Assembly (NCBI GenBank): GCA_951406725.2
Contig: OX597818.1
Span: 96,720,001 to 96,784,000 of the forward strand
Origin: Octopus vulgaris
Taxonomy: Eukaryota
DNA length: 64,000 bases
Reading direction: 5' to 3'
Positions 12,806 to 25,700 of the stretch are shown here, in pieces. The notes below the pieces were generated by a model. It was not told the DNA's origin, did not search any database, and worked only from the letters and a program-made list of their open reading frames with translations. How positions within the stretch are numbered: the first letter of the stretch is position 1; every line of letters begins with the position of its first letter. Both the position numbers and the translations under genes were made by a program.

Positions 12806-12891
12806 ATGGTACGATCGTTTCACGCTACATCATTTTATTAAACGTTGTAAGTATTACAACAGTTTTAAAATGTTGAGCAATCATCAGCCAT
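12806..12891 (-). ncRNA. Type-I hammerhead ribozyme motif with long stem II (Penelope-type)
   Basis: Minus strand: ATGG-CTGATGA-[TTGCTCAACATTTTAAAACTGTTGTAA TAC TTACAACGTTTAATAAAATGATGTAGCGT]-GAAA-CGATCG-TA-CCAT. Perfect core, palindromic stem III, GUA site, 4-bp stem I. Confidence 0.75.
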
Positions 12892-14085
12892 TTATAGAGG
12901 TTTTCTATTATACATATACATATTTTCATATTAATTGATAACATTATAAAGAGGGTAGATATATAGACAGAGATGTTGATTTGAATTTTAAGAACATTAA
13001 GGTAATAGAATTTATCTATATATTGAAATCAATACACAGATCACCATTATCAGGTGGAATTTTAAGTAGGTAAGTTTTTGAATAGGATAGAATTTTTACA
13101 CCGACCGAAATCTAAACATATATATATCGGTGGATAACTTTTTGATGTAACTTTTTGGCCAGTAATTGTCTCAGTCATGTATGTTGAATGCAGTTTTTCA
13201 ATTCGAGAACTCGTTATCAAGCTCGTTTCATCTTAGTCATTTTCCACTTCTTTATCTTCCATGTTTCGTTTTCTAGTATGCATATAAATGTGTTTTTGTG
13301 TGCATGCGTGTGTTTATGTTTTGTATGTGTATCTATATGCATGGACCCGGTATGATTAGCAACATATGTTTATGAAAGTCGCATGAATAGTGGATTTTCC
13401 AAAGTGCTACCCTTGCTGCACTACCGTAGTTCTTAAACTGCACGTGATATCACAATTTCAAACATCGGCTCATGGCGGGGGGTAATGTTCTACCTGTCTA
13501 AATTTCGTCCTTTTTGTTATTCTTGTGTAGTTGTTCAATTCAAAACGCTCTATTTCGAAGTATATTGTTACATATATCTTTTTCCATATTACTAAATGAA
13601 CGTCTAAAATAAAATTTAGTTGTGTTATAGTAATATATCTATTGTCTATAAAAAAATGAGGAGTTATTAAACTATGGCAGTAAAAAATTTTATAGCATTC
13701 AACTTTTAGGTTGAAGAAAACGAATCAATAATAAATTTCTATAATTTTCATATTTCAAAGAAAGAAGTCCCTTACTTTCTATTTCCTTTGTTTTGTTTTT
13801 TTTTACACTCTTTTGTGAGTTTCTTTTAGAATTCGTAATAAAATCAGAACTGTCCTTTATACAACTAATGCACAGTATTGTCGTGCAGAGTAAATCATTA
13901 GATACTATTGTGTACACGATTCTATGACTCCAAATGCATAAATACATATACATACATAAATGTGTGTATGTGTATGTATGTATATATATTTATGCATATT
14001 TATGTTTATGAAACGTACGTAATATTTTGTAAATAAATATCTTAACAATGTCATGCTTTGTCTTGTTTTCTATGTTTATTTATTT

Positions 14086-14174
14086 AGGTAGGTTGGTAGG
14101 TAGGTAGGTAGGTAGGTAGGTAGGTAGGTAGGTAGGTAGGTAGGTAGGTAGGTAGGTAGGTAGGTAGGTAGGTA
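14086..14174. repeat. (TAGG)n microsatellite
   Basis: Direct reading. Confidence 0.95.
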
Positions 14175-14764
14175 AATAGATATAGATATACATCACTGCT
14201 TAGTAGTAGGTCACTGCTTAGTAGTAGAAGAAAATATATATATATGAAGATGTATACAGATGCATATACTAAATATGTATTTATATATCTATACAGATAT
14301 TTATACATATCAACATCTAACATGCAACTCGTACTCTTATGCATATGTATATATGTATACCCATTTATATGTGTATCTGTATGTATTATCGCCCCTGCAC
14401 ACGCAGGTATATATTTCTTGCATACATACATACATTCACACATACACACATACACACACACATACATACACACACATACATACACACACACACATAAGTA
14501 TGCACGCATATACACACGAACATAGTTAGATGGTTGTGATATTCGAGTTTGAAAGAGGAATTAGATAGGGATTAGGAGTTATTGGGTTATTGGGATTACC
14601 TAAGGTGCATTGTGGAAATATCCTGTATGGTCATTTAGGCATTTGGATTTGTGGTACAATTTGAATGTGTAAAAAAGGCGGTGGTTGCATGTGCTTAGTG
14701 CCTCATTATGTTTATTTAGCAGCACTAGAGAGTTGTGCTTTAACATGTGAAGTGCCTCCTTCAC

Positions 14765-14821
<57 letters not shown>

Positions 14822-14822
<1 letters not shown>

Positions 14823-15496
14823 GCACCCGCAGAATATAAAGCAAGACATGACAGAGTCGGCCAGTATTTACATTGGACAATATGTCGGTATTATAAAATC
14901 AAAACCGCTGACAAATGGTATAAACACCATCCTGAAGCTGTGACTGAGGGAGAAAATGTGTCGATTCTATGGGACTTCCCTGTACAGACCGACAAGACTA
15001 TAGAAGCTAATAAACCGAATATTATTGTAAAAGACCAGACAAAAAAGATATGTTTATTAATTGACATGAGTATCCCTTGCGATCACAATATAGCGGCGAA
15101 AGAATTTGACAAGATTAGTAAATATAAAGACTTGCTAATAGAAATTGAAAAAATGTGGCATCTCAAGGCGACTACAGTACCAGTGACTGTAGGATCTCTA
15201 GGAATGATAAAAAACAGGTACTGAAACCTATTTGAAAATTATTCCAGGCTTACCATCCCTACAGGAAGTGCAAAAAATCGTATTAACTGGAACGGCTCAT
15301 GTACTGAGAAAAGCATTATCGCTGTGAAAACAACATCCATCCATGAATTTATTTATTTATTAATTTTTAAATACATATTTTATCTGTGAATTTGCGTGTG
15401 TAATCTGGGAATGCATACAATGAGCTTCTCTGCCCTGGGTGTATGGAAAACACTCGGCAAGAAAAGGAAGAAAATTTGAAGAAAGAAGGAAAAAAC

Positions 15497-15497
<1 letters not shown>
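14822..15497 (+). mobile_element. R4/Dong-like non-LTR retrotransposon 3' end (RLE endonuclease domain plus 3' UTR), frameshifted
   Basis: YKARHDRVGQYLHW...ILWDFPVQTDKTIEANKPNIIV...LLIDMSIP...KISKYKDL...VGSLG, then +frameshift ...VQKIVLTGTAHVLRKALSL* (stop at 15325-15327). Flanked by (TAA)n on both sides. Confidence 0.9.
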
Positions 15498-15573
<76 letters not shown>

Positions 15574-15588
15574 TATAATAATAATAAT

Positions 15589-16363
15589 ACAGTAGACAAT
15601 TACAGGCCGATATCCTGTTTGCCAATAATGTGTAAGTTATTGACTGGAATACTCGCAGAGTCAATGTACGAACATCTGGAAAAAAATGGAGTCCTGCCAC
15701 ATGAGAAGAAGGGTTGCAAGCGTAAGTGCAGAGGTACCAAGGATCAGCCCCTGATAGACAAAACTGTACTCAGAGACTGCAAGAGGAGAAAAACTAACTT
15801 AGCCATGTCATGGATCGACTATCGTAAGGCGTACGATATGATCCCACATTCTTGGATTATGGTATGTATGAACCTTTTGGAATTGCATCGAATGTTGAGC
15901 GATTGCTTTGAAAAAGTATGGCGAATTGGAAGATGGACCTGACAGCATACGGAAGAAGTTTACGGACAGTAGAAATTAGGAGGGGCATCTTCCAAGGGGA
16001 TTGCCTGTCTCCACTGATCTTTGTACTGTGCTTGATACCACTAACTCCGGTACTGAGGAAAGCAAAAACTGAGTATGTATTCAAAAGCCGCCAACAAAAA
16101 GTCAACCATTTGTTATTCATGGATGACCTCAAACTTTATAGTAAAAATGAAGCCCAAGTCAGTTCCCTCGTTGATACGGCGTATACCTTCAGCGCTGATA
16201 TCAGAATGGAGTTCGAACTGAGAAAGTGTGGTGTGTTAGTCTTGAAGAGGGGTAAAATCAAATGTATGGACGGGCTAACGAAACCGTCGGGGGGCGGGGT
16301 TATGAAGTAGATAGAGGAGACGGGCTATAAGTACTTGGGGATTTGGGAAATGGATGAATTGAT
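15589..16363 (+). mobile_element. R4/Dong-like reverse transcriptase fragment (frameshifted, truncated)
   Basis: NYRPISCLP...[50 protein letters not shown]. Starts directly after (TAA)n. Confidence 0.92.
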
Positions 16364-16544
16364 TGGGGGAGGGAATAAGTTGATTACATCGACCCCAGTG
16401 CATAACTGGTACATATATATTATCGACCCCGAAAGAACAAGAGGCAAAGTCGAACTCGGCGGAATTTGAACTCAGAACGTAAAGACGAACGAAATACCGC
16501 TGGCATTTTGCTCGGCGTGCAAAGGATTCTGCCAGCTCACCGCC
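16364..16544 (-). mobile_element. SINE family B copy
   Basis: gattacatcgaccccagtgc...aaagtcgaactcggcggaatttgaactcagaacg...ctgccagctcaccgcc. Confidence 0.9.
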
Positions 16545-16548
16545 TTAA

Positions 16549-16628
<80 letters not shown>

Positions 16629-16642
16629 ATGATGGTGATGAG

Positions 16643-16765
16643 TTCTTTTATTGGCCACAAGGGCCCAAGGCATGGAAAACAATATCAAATGAGGAGTTAC
16701 AACACACAAAAACAAAATTAATAATAATAATAATAATAATACTAAATATAATAATAATAATTAAG

Positions 16766-16833
<68 letters not shown>

Positions 16834-16920
16834 TATAATTCATTTTATTGGCCACAAGTGCCCAAGGCATGGAGAACAATATCAGATGAGTTACAGAGCA
16901 CACAAAAGCAAAAATTAATA
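16643..16920 (-). mobile_element. Two short, related LINE-like 3' ends embedded in (TAG)n/(TAA)n
   Basis: Two copies of ttttattggccacaag.gcccaaggcatgga.aacaatatca... The minus strand ends TTGTGGCCAATAAAA, similar to the Tx1-like tail GTGTGGCTAATAAAG. Confidence 0.45.
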
Positions 16921-17637
16921 ATAATAATGATAATAATAATAATTGTTTCTATGTTGATCAATTATTAGGTAGCAGTAGTATGATATCTAAATGACTCTAA
17001 AATATTCGATTCAATGGTTAAAGTAATATAACTACGTAGAATAAGCAGTCCACCTTACATTCTAATAATAGACGGTGTGTTATTGTTATCAATATGGCGG
17101 GATTTAGAGAACATTAACGTAAAATATATGAGTCTATATAAAACTGTGTGGGCGTAAACGGTACGGTAGTGATTACTACATTGTGTGTATAAATTGGTAC
17201 CTGCAGCGTCGCATCATAATAGCGCGTATGATAAGGTCAGTGCTAAAAGACATGGCTGAAGAGTACATAGACAATTTTGCGTATATGAGCATCTATATAT
17301 GATTGAATTATATATGTATTTATGTATATGTAAATATATGTATGTACATATGATATGCGTATGTGTGTGTGTGCGTGTATTTAACTGTGTGTGTCTTGTT
17401 TGATACATTATTTTTAATGTTAACATATCTAGACAGCGCAAGGTCCCTTGTGTTATTCACTTTGTGTGGCCTATGTTTCTAAGGAGGGATAACCACTTCA
17501 CATTTATATATGCAAATACGTACTTATGTAAGTAAATATATAGATATATGCATATATACATACAAACACACGCACACATGCACACACACATACACATGCA
17601 AACATATATATATATATATATATATATAAATTCATAT

Positions 17638-17920
<283 letters not shown>

Positions 17921-18544
17921 CATAGATAGATAGATGGATATATATATATGCATACATGTGTGTGCGTGCGTATGTGTGTGCGTATGTCTGCATAACATCA
18001 ATATATTTAAATCATTTGGGTGGTGCTGTATGTTTTCATAAAAATGTATAGTCGTATGTATTTGTGGGTGAGTGTACGCATGCGCGCGTGTGTATGTTTG
18101 TATATATGCCTATGCATGCTTGTATGTATATATGTAAGTATGTGTATGTATGTATGCATGTATGTATGTATGTATGTATGTATGTTTGTATGTATGTGTG
18201 CATGCATGCATGTAAGTATAGATATAGTAGTCTCACGTAAATAATAATACACTGGGTTGATAATTTTCGATCAAATGAGATGTTCTAAGAAATGAAAGTT
18301 AACTCGTCCGCTGCGGGTTTGATATTTCACAATAAGACGTAAGGGAGATAATATCATTTAGATCAGTTGATTGAAATATTTTCAAGCACAGAGACAAAAA
18401 AATGCCAATTGAAATGAATATGATTTATAAATGACGTTTTGGTGTCAACAATATAGTTGAAGGAATTATCTCGGGGATTGTACCATTGTCACTATATCGG
18501 ATGTTACTATACACAACCGTCGCAATGCGCTTCTTCATGTTGTT

Positions 18545-19165
18545 TTAGTGGTGACTCCGTTGGTTAGGCAGACAGGCTTATAAATGACATAGATCACGAC
18601 GGTCTGTCTCCCTAAAGAAAACGCCAGTCAGTCGTAGGGTTACTCATCTACAGCTAAGTGGACTGTGGAACGACGTGAAAGGCAACTAGCTGGCAGAATC
18701 GTTAGCACGCCGGGCGAAATGCTTAGCGGTATTTCGTCTGCCGCTACGTTCTGAGTTCAAATTCCACCGAGGTCGACTTTGCCTTTCATCCTTTCGGGGT
18801 CGATTAAATAAGTACCAGTCACGCAATAGGGTCGATATAACCGACTTAATCCGTTTGTCTGTCCTTGTTTGTCCTCCCTGTGTTTAGCCCCTTGTTGGTA
18901 ATAAAGAAATAGGTGTTTCGTCTGTCTTTACGTTCTGAGTTCAAATTCCGCCGAGGTCAACTTTGCCTTTCATCCTTTCGGGGTCGATAAATTAAGTACT
19001 GGGGTCGATCTAATCGACTGGCACCTTCCCCTAAAAAATTTCGGGCTTTGTGCCTAGAGTAGAAAATGTGAAATGAAGTGTTCTGCTCAAGAACATACAG
19101 GACTCGGAAACATTAGCTTTTGATCATGAATGCAATAGTCTAACCACTAAGCCACGCACTTTCAC
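18545..19165 (-). mobile_element. Old tRNA/CORE-like SINE interrupted by a family B dimer
   Basis: Minus strand GTGCGTGGCTTAGTGGTTAG...GTTCTTGAGCAGAACACTTCATTTCAC | insertion | ...CAGTCCACTTAGCTGTAGATGAGTAACCC. Confidence 0.65.
18681..19067 (+). mobile_element. SINE family B dimer (B1 unit plus headless B2 unit) with GTGAAA target-site duplication
   Basis: tRNA-like head with GAGTTCAAATTCC B box; core GCCTTTCATCCTTTCGGGGTCGA..AAATAAGTACCAG, which resembles the Meta-SINE domain from memory. GTGAAA at 18675-18680 and 19068-19073. Confidence 0.88.
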
Positions 19166-19418
19166 ACTCTGACAATGTAATGCACACAAAATACAAAAAC
19201 AACGGGAAGTCACTTATGTAATTATAGCGGTATTTAGTATTCAAAACATGGAGATAATAGGAATAAGATCGGATTATCGAAATTATTGATCAATACAGAG
19301 AATGCAAATTGATTAGAATATGCTTCGATCCGGTGGTCTAATAGGATCGATATCTTTCTACTACTCTTCCAAAGCCAGTTCCACTTTTAATCTATATGAT
19401 ATGTATACACACAAACAA

Positions 19419-19459
<41 letters not shown>

Positions 19460-19480
19460 CATATATATATGTATGTTTAT

Positions 19481-19512
<32 letters not shown>

Positions 19513-19590
19513 CTTATAATAAACTCATCTTTATGAAGTCTTCATGATTGATGTTTCGTTTCCTTTTGTTTTTTTCTTTTTGTTTATATA

Positions 19591-20700
19591 TTGGGTCACC
19601 CTATAAATAATGTGGTTTTCTAATACCTTTATTTTTCAAAATTAAGATAAATAAACTTTTTTAAACTAAAATATACTCTCCTTCATTTTCTACAATGCTC
19701 TTCCATGTATCAGGTAGACTTGCAAGGCTCCCTCTTCTAAAATTCACTTTTCCGTGACGAAAAATACTCTTCCAGTACTATTCTGATTTCGTCTACGGAG
19801 TTCATATATTTTTCTGTCCAAATGATTTTGGAGACTGTGGAGTAAATGATAATCAGATGGGACAATGTCCGGCGAATATGGTGGGTGGGGCATCGTTTCC
19901 CATTCAAACTGCTCCAACCTTTGGAATGTCATTCTCACTGTATATGGCAAGCATTATTCTGATGGAAGAACACCTTTTGTGTTGAAACTAAAGATGGTCG
20001 TTTTTCTTGTAGCTCTCACTTCAGCATTCAAGCTGCTCGCAATAGGTCTCCTTTATTATCGTTTGGTTTGGGTTTAAAAATTTTTAATGGACTAAGCCTT
20101 TCATATCCCACCAAACAGATAATGAAACCTTGCGTGGGTGAAGACCTTCTTTAGCTTGGGGTGCCGGTGTTTCTCCTTTCCCTACCCACGGTCTTCGGCG
20201 CTTGACGTTTTATAGAGAACCATTTCTTGTCACTAGTCATTATTCTGTCCAAAAAAGGTTCATTCGTGAGATATGACAGCAAAGAAGAGCACACATTCAC
20301 TCTCTACATGCGATTAGACTAGGGAAGTTTGTGAGGAATCCATTGGCCCAATTTGCTGACTTTTCCGACGACACGCAGGTGTCGAGGAATGGTTGAATGA
20401 CCAAATCCATGTTTCTCTGCTAGTTCCCAACAGGCGGGATTTTGTTTCACCAGGGCTTGCAGGACGTCCTCGTCGAGTTCTACAGATCTTCCAGGACAAG
20501 GCTCGTCTTCTAGGCTGTAGTTTCCGGCTCGGAATGTCTGGAACCATTGACACTGGCTTACGCTTATTGTCCGATCCTCATTTACTACATTAATATTCCT
20601 TGCACTTTCCGTTGCGTTGTTGCCTTTATTGAACTCATAAAGCAAAATATGCCAAATATGCTCTTTTGTCGCTTGCAATCGGTTTTTAATCTAGCTGAGT
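19591..20700 (-). pseudogene. mariner (DD34D) transposon remnant with disrupted transposase and one TIR
   Basis: HILLYEFNKG...WFQTFRAGNYSLEDEPCPGRS...KLGQWIPHKL (WVPHEL-like), IMTSDKKW (TGDEKW-like), HPPYSPDIVPSDYHL (YSPDLAP.D). TA|TTGGGTCACCCTATAAATAATG terminus at 19591. The other TIR is not seen. Confidence 0.92.
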
Positions 20701-20759
20701 CACCAACGATGGGGTTTTTCTATATATATCTCATTGCACGTTCACCGAGGTAAATATCT

Positions 20760-22000
20760 TTGTGATTTGTTGTGTTATTAAGATCAATATCTGATAATTT
20801 AGATACAGCTAAACTATTCTCTTTTATAAAGCAGCTAAAGATATTTTTATATTCACTGGATACAAGTATATGCAACAGATGCAGTCAAAAGTGTTCCGAT
20901 TGAAACTCGGTATTAAGAGCATTTACTTTCTTCAATATACAAGTAAGAAGAGCAACATCTGCTTCGTCCCTTTCATAATCATTGTTTCATAGATCATTTT
21001 TGCTCCGTCCACTTAGTCTACTTTAGCCTCTGACTGAAAATAAAGTAAAGGGCATTCCATTGTTCTATTATAACGTTAATTACATTTTCACGAGACAACC
21101 ATCTAGTTTGCGAAAGCTTTGGAATCTTGTTTTCTCTTGTGCCAACAACACTTTGTATTATACTGAAGTCATTTTGACGTTTGCTACTTCGAGAAAAGTA
21201 AGAAGTTAAGTCCTTTAAAAAGAAATCGAGATACGAACATAACAACTTCACTGCATGATTTGAACAAAGTGCAAACGATTGGTAAACACAGTCTATTGTA
21301 AATACAGTCTGAATATCATTTCTCAATAACTTTTGAAACCTACTCTTGTTACCCATCATTGTTGAGCAATTAATGATGGCAAATCCAAGTATGTTGCTCA
21401 TAGATACATCTTTTGTAAGCGTAGACTTGACAGCATCGTACAAACCCTGAGACGAACCATTTTCTTACTACAATTACATCCAGAAGAGCATCCTTGACAT
21501 TAAGCGATTGTTCATCAAAAAAGCGAACAACTATTGCTAAGATTTGTGTCACTGAGATGTCCGTAATCTCATCTATCAATAATGAAAAATTTTGTTTCTT
21601 GAGAATTTCCAAGATTTCATTTCGTTCATAATGTGCAATTCCGCCTTGCATAATGTATGTTAATTTCATTTTTTTTCTTCATTTGTAGTTTTTAAGCTAT
21701 TTCACTATCGGGCAAGACCTTTTTACAAATTTCAGCCAAGTGATTTATATGGATGAAAGGTACGTGATGTTCAGCAACATAACCTGTTAGTAGCAAGTCT
21801 GCCTTAACTACTTTTTCATTTAATGTATCATATGTTTTTTCAATAATAAATTATTCTAATTTAATAGCAGATTTCGCACATTCAAAAGCTTTCTTGTGTT
21901 TGGCAGTGTTTTTATGAGCAAACAGCATTGATTTGTTAGCATTTTTCAACACAGCGTCGCAATAAACGCAGTAGCAGGTGTCAGGATTTTTCAACACATA
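20760..22000 (-). pseudogene. hAT-superfamily transposase remnant (ZNF862/DUF4371-like)
   Basis: N-terminal CYCVYC...HKNTAKH zinc finger, FSLLIDEITDISV, CVYQ (CxxH-like), YFSRSSKR and TRWLSR, split over several frames. Confidence 0.85.
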
Positions 22001-22030
22001 TGTATATAATTCACATATATATATATATAA

Positions 22031-22870
22031 TAGCTTCGAAATATGTTGTTCATAAGAACTCAGCTTTGTCACGCAACGTAAAAATTAACATACTGATAGC
22101 AGACTTAGGATAATGAACACCCTATGAAACAAAGAAACATACAGAACTTCATGTACCGCATGCAATTCTCTGGACATAATCAGAAAGATAGTTTTCGAGG
22201 ATGCAGGAGTGCTAGAAAGAAGTTAGATAACATTATATGTAATGATACCAGTGGTACCTACCCTAGATTGAGAAACAAAGACTGGGATTGGATACAAGAA
22301 CTTGTGACAAAGCAAGCAGGATGAACACGTGGTATAAAACCGAAAAATATCAAGGAGTGATGTTGTAGAGGCCACAGCCCATGAAGAACTAGCCCGTAGA
22401 TTTAAGAAAGCTCTGAAGGAGACCAAACTCAACATTACGGTTGTCGAAAAGCCTGGAAACTCTGTTAGATCACAACTATGTAGGACGTACCCCTTTGAAA
22501 ATACCATATGCATCAATGATAATTGCATGATATGTAGGATTAGCTCTGGCATTAACTGTAGAACTAGAAATATAGTTTACAGTGTAAGATGTATGGAAGG
22601 TGCTTGTAAAGACATGAACATGACATACATAGGGGAAATATCTAGGAGCATTACGGAACGTCTAAATGAACATTTGAGACAATATGACGACAAAATCAGT
22701 CCTTCATACTCTACCAACATGCCAAGGACCAACATGGAGGCAACCTAGGTCAACTTGACATCCGAATTTTATCCAAGTACCCCAAAGGACCCAACACTCA
22801 GACAAAAATACAGGAGTACGTCCTCATAAATGAAACATCCCCAGTACTAAATAGGAAATATACGTAGTAG
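22031..22870 (+). pseudogene. Penelope-like element 3' remnant (RT thumb/linker plus GIY-YIG)
   Basis: SKYVVHKNSAL...FMYRMQFSGH...VVEKPG...C..C..C linker, NIVYSVRC...YIGEISRSITERLNEH...H, and terminal PVLNRK. Contains stops and frameshifts. Confidence 0.85.
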
Positions 22871-23194
22871 ATATCATACACCCATACCCACAGTTTATAC
22901 AGGTGGTGTAGAATAGTTAGGGCGCTGTTATGTAGATAGATGTATGTATATGTGCGTGTGTGGGTGTGTGTATATGTGTAAATGTATATGCACGTGTATG
23001 TAGGCATATGGATATGAATGTAAACAGACATACAGACGGATAAGTACATAGCTTATATGAATAGACAAGTACACATGCACAAACGAAAACTGAAACTCAT
23101 GACCATATATACACGCACACTTAACTTCACACAAGGATACATATTCAGACACTTGTCCACACATATGTAAATACGCATCCATACATACAGACAC

Positions 23195-23364
23195 GCGCAG
23201 GAGTGGCTGTGTGGTAAGTAGCTTGCTAACCAACCACATGGTTCCGGGTTCAGTCCCACTGCGTGGCATCTTGGGCAAGTGTCTTCTGCTATAGCCCCGG
23301 GCCGACCAATGCCTTGTGAGTGGATTTGGTAGACGGAAACTGAAAGAAGCCTGTCGTATATATG

Positions 23365-23409
<45 letters not shown>

Positions 23410-23598
23410 TTGTGTGTCTGTGTTTGTCCCCCTAGCATTGCTGGTGTGTTTACGTCCCCGTCACTTAGCGGTTCGGCAAAAGAAACCGATAGAATAAGTA
23501 ATGGGCTTACAAAGAATAAGTCCCGGAGTCGATTTTCTCGACTAAAGGCGGTGCTCCAGCATGGCCGCAAGTAAAAGAGTAAAAGAGTAAAAAGAGTA
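23195..23598 (+). mobile_element. SINE family A, near full length
   Basis: GCGCAGGAGTGGCTGTGTGG...GGTTCAGTCCC...(TA)(TG)...GGCGGTGCTCCAGCATGGCCGCA...(GAGTAAAA)n. The terminal stem-loop is deleted in this copy. Confidence 0.92.
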
Positions 23599-23924
23599 CA
23601 TAGTTGCAAAAAACCCACACACACTCAGACATGCACACACAAGGAGACAGAAGTACACACACACACACACAGACACACACACATGCAAACACACGCACAC
23701 ATAAAAACACACAAACACGGACACTCAAACACATGAATATGCAGAATACATATATACAAACGTACATACGTACATACACACATATATACATACGCACACA
23801 CATACATGCATGCATACACACACGTGCATGCATACATACATTCACATACATTGACCCACACACATGCGCACAAAGAGAACGCAGCTTCAGTAACAGACAG
23901 AGTCAACAACTATTGAAACTCCAT

Positions 23925-24973
23925 AAGATGTACCCGGTGTAAGCCATAGAAACATAAGAAGTGCAGCAATATCAAAGGAAGGTTAACTGGGAAGATAGTT
24001 TTATGTGTGTCAAATGCTCAAGGTCAATAAAAACTGAAAATGTAGAGAAAACAGCTTCCGTCACATGCCAAGGAGAAAAACTAGAAGTTGTCGATAGCTT
24101 CTGTGACCTAGGTGACCAAGTCAGGAGCTGGGGTGGATGCTCTGAGACTGTAGATGCTAGAATAAGAATAGCCTGGGCAAAGTTCAGAGAGCTCCTACCT
24201 CTGCTGGTGACTAAGGACTTCTCGCCCAGAGTAAAAGGTAGACTATATGATGTATGTGTGCGAACAGCCATGCTACATGGCAGTGAAACATGGGCCATGA
24301 CTGCTGAGGACATGCGTAAGCTTGCAAGGAATGAAGCCAGTATGCTCCACTGGATGTATAATGTCAGTGTGCATACACGACAGAGTGTAAATGCCCTGAG
24401 AGAAAAGTTGGACTTAAGAAGCATCAAATGTGGTGTGCAAGAGAGACGACTGCGCTGGTATGGTCATGTGATGCGTAGGGATGAGGACAGCTGTGTGAAA
24501 ACGTGTCACACCCTAATAGTAGAAGGAATACCTCGGATGAGGTGGGGAAGACTATCATTGAATGTTGGGCCTCATGGAAGCGATGATAAGTGACCGAGAC
24601 ATTTGGAGATATGCTGTGCTTGAGAAAACCCGGCAGCCAAGTGAGACCGTAACCGTGGCTTATGCCAGTGCAGTATGACCGGCCCATTTAAAAGTACCCT
24701 TCTATTGTTAGGCAATAAACTGCGCTTGCGAAAACCTGTTGAGTCAAGTGAAGTCATTGTTGTGACCGATGACAGTATCGCCTGATTGGTACGTAAAATG
24801 CACCCACTATACTCTCGGAGTGGTTGGCGTTAGGAAGAGCATCCAGCTGTATAAACTTTGCCATATCAAATCGGAGCCTGGTGCAGACTTCTTTTTTGCC
24901 AGCCCTCAGTCAAACCGTCCAACCCTTGCCAGCATGGAAAGCGGATGTTAAATGACGATGACGATGATGATGA
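23925..24973 (+). mobile_element. RTE-clade LINE 3' portion
   Basis: LEVVDSFCDLG...ARIRIAWAKFREL...KGRLY...MLHGSETW...RRLRWYGHVMRR. The 3' UTR contains TGGCGTTAGGAAG.GCATCCAGC and ends in a (GAT/GAC)n tail. Confidence 0.9.
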
Positions 24974-24986
24974 TACACACACACCA

Positions 24987-25017
<31 letters not shown>

Positions 25018-25216
25018 CATACATACATACATACATACATACATACATACATACATACATACATAATACATTCATACGTACGTACATACATATATAAATA
25101 TATATATATATATATATATCACTATTTAAGTTAATTGAAATATGTTTTTCACATATTTCAACTAATTTAAATTGTGATTATACGTAAACACTGCTTAGCG
25201 CATTTACTCCCATATA

Positions 25217-25568
25217 TATTTATTTATTTATTTATCTAGTTTCAGCTCACAAGCTGTGGCCATGCTGGGGTACCGCCATTTGGTGTTGCTACATGATTTT
25301 ACTTCACGAATGCTTTTTAGCAATTGCCACTTGGTGCATGAGAGAGTTCGATGCAGCTGCACTCATCTGCACCTCCTGCCGTGAAGTTGGTTCCTCTGGG
25401 ATACCTGACAAGAAGAGATCCAGTTTCATTTTAAAGACATCTGCGTCCACCCCATGCAGGTCTCTTGGGTTCTTCGGGGGGATATTGAAGAGCTGTGGGC
25501 CTCGGAAGCCCAGGCTATCACAGCATCTTGTCCTACATCTTGATGGCAAATTTGGAGTCCTTGGCACT
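25217..25568 (-). mobile_element. CR1-like LINE 3' end
   Basis: SLGFRGPQLFNIPPKNPRDLHGVDADVFKMKLDLFLSGIPEEP...AAASNSL is a typical CR1-type ORF2 C-terminus, followed by a short UTR and (TAAA)n tail. Confidence 0.8.
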
Positions 25569-25617
25569 ATGTATATACATATATATACATATACATGCAT
25601 ACATACATACACACACA

Positions 25618-25700
<83 letters not shown>

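Noticed and set aside
14560-14600. Telomere-like TTAGG/TTGGG repeats
   Set aside because: A few irregular units and no true (TTAGGG)n array.
20319-20678. Host SETMAR-like gene
   Set aside because: No SET domain, and the transposase has frameshifts and a TIR, so it is a dead mariner copy.
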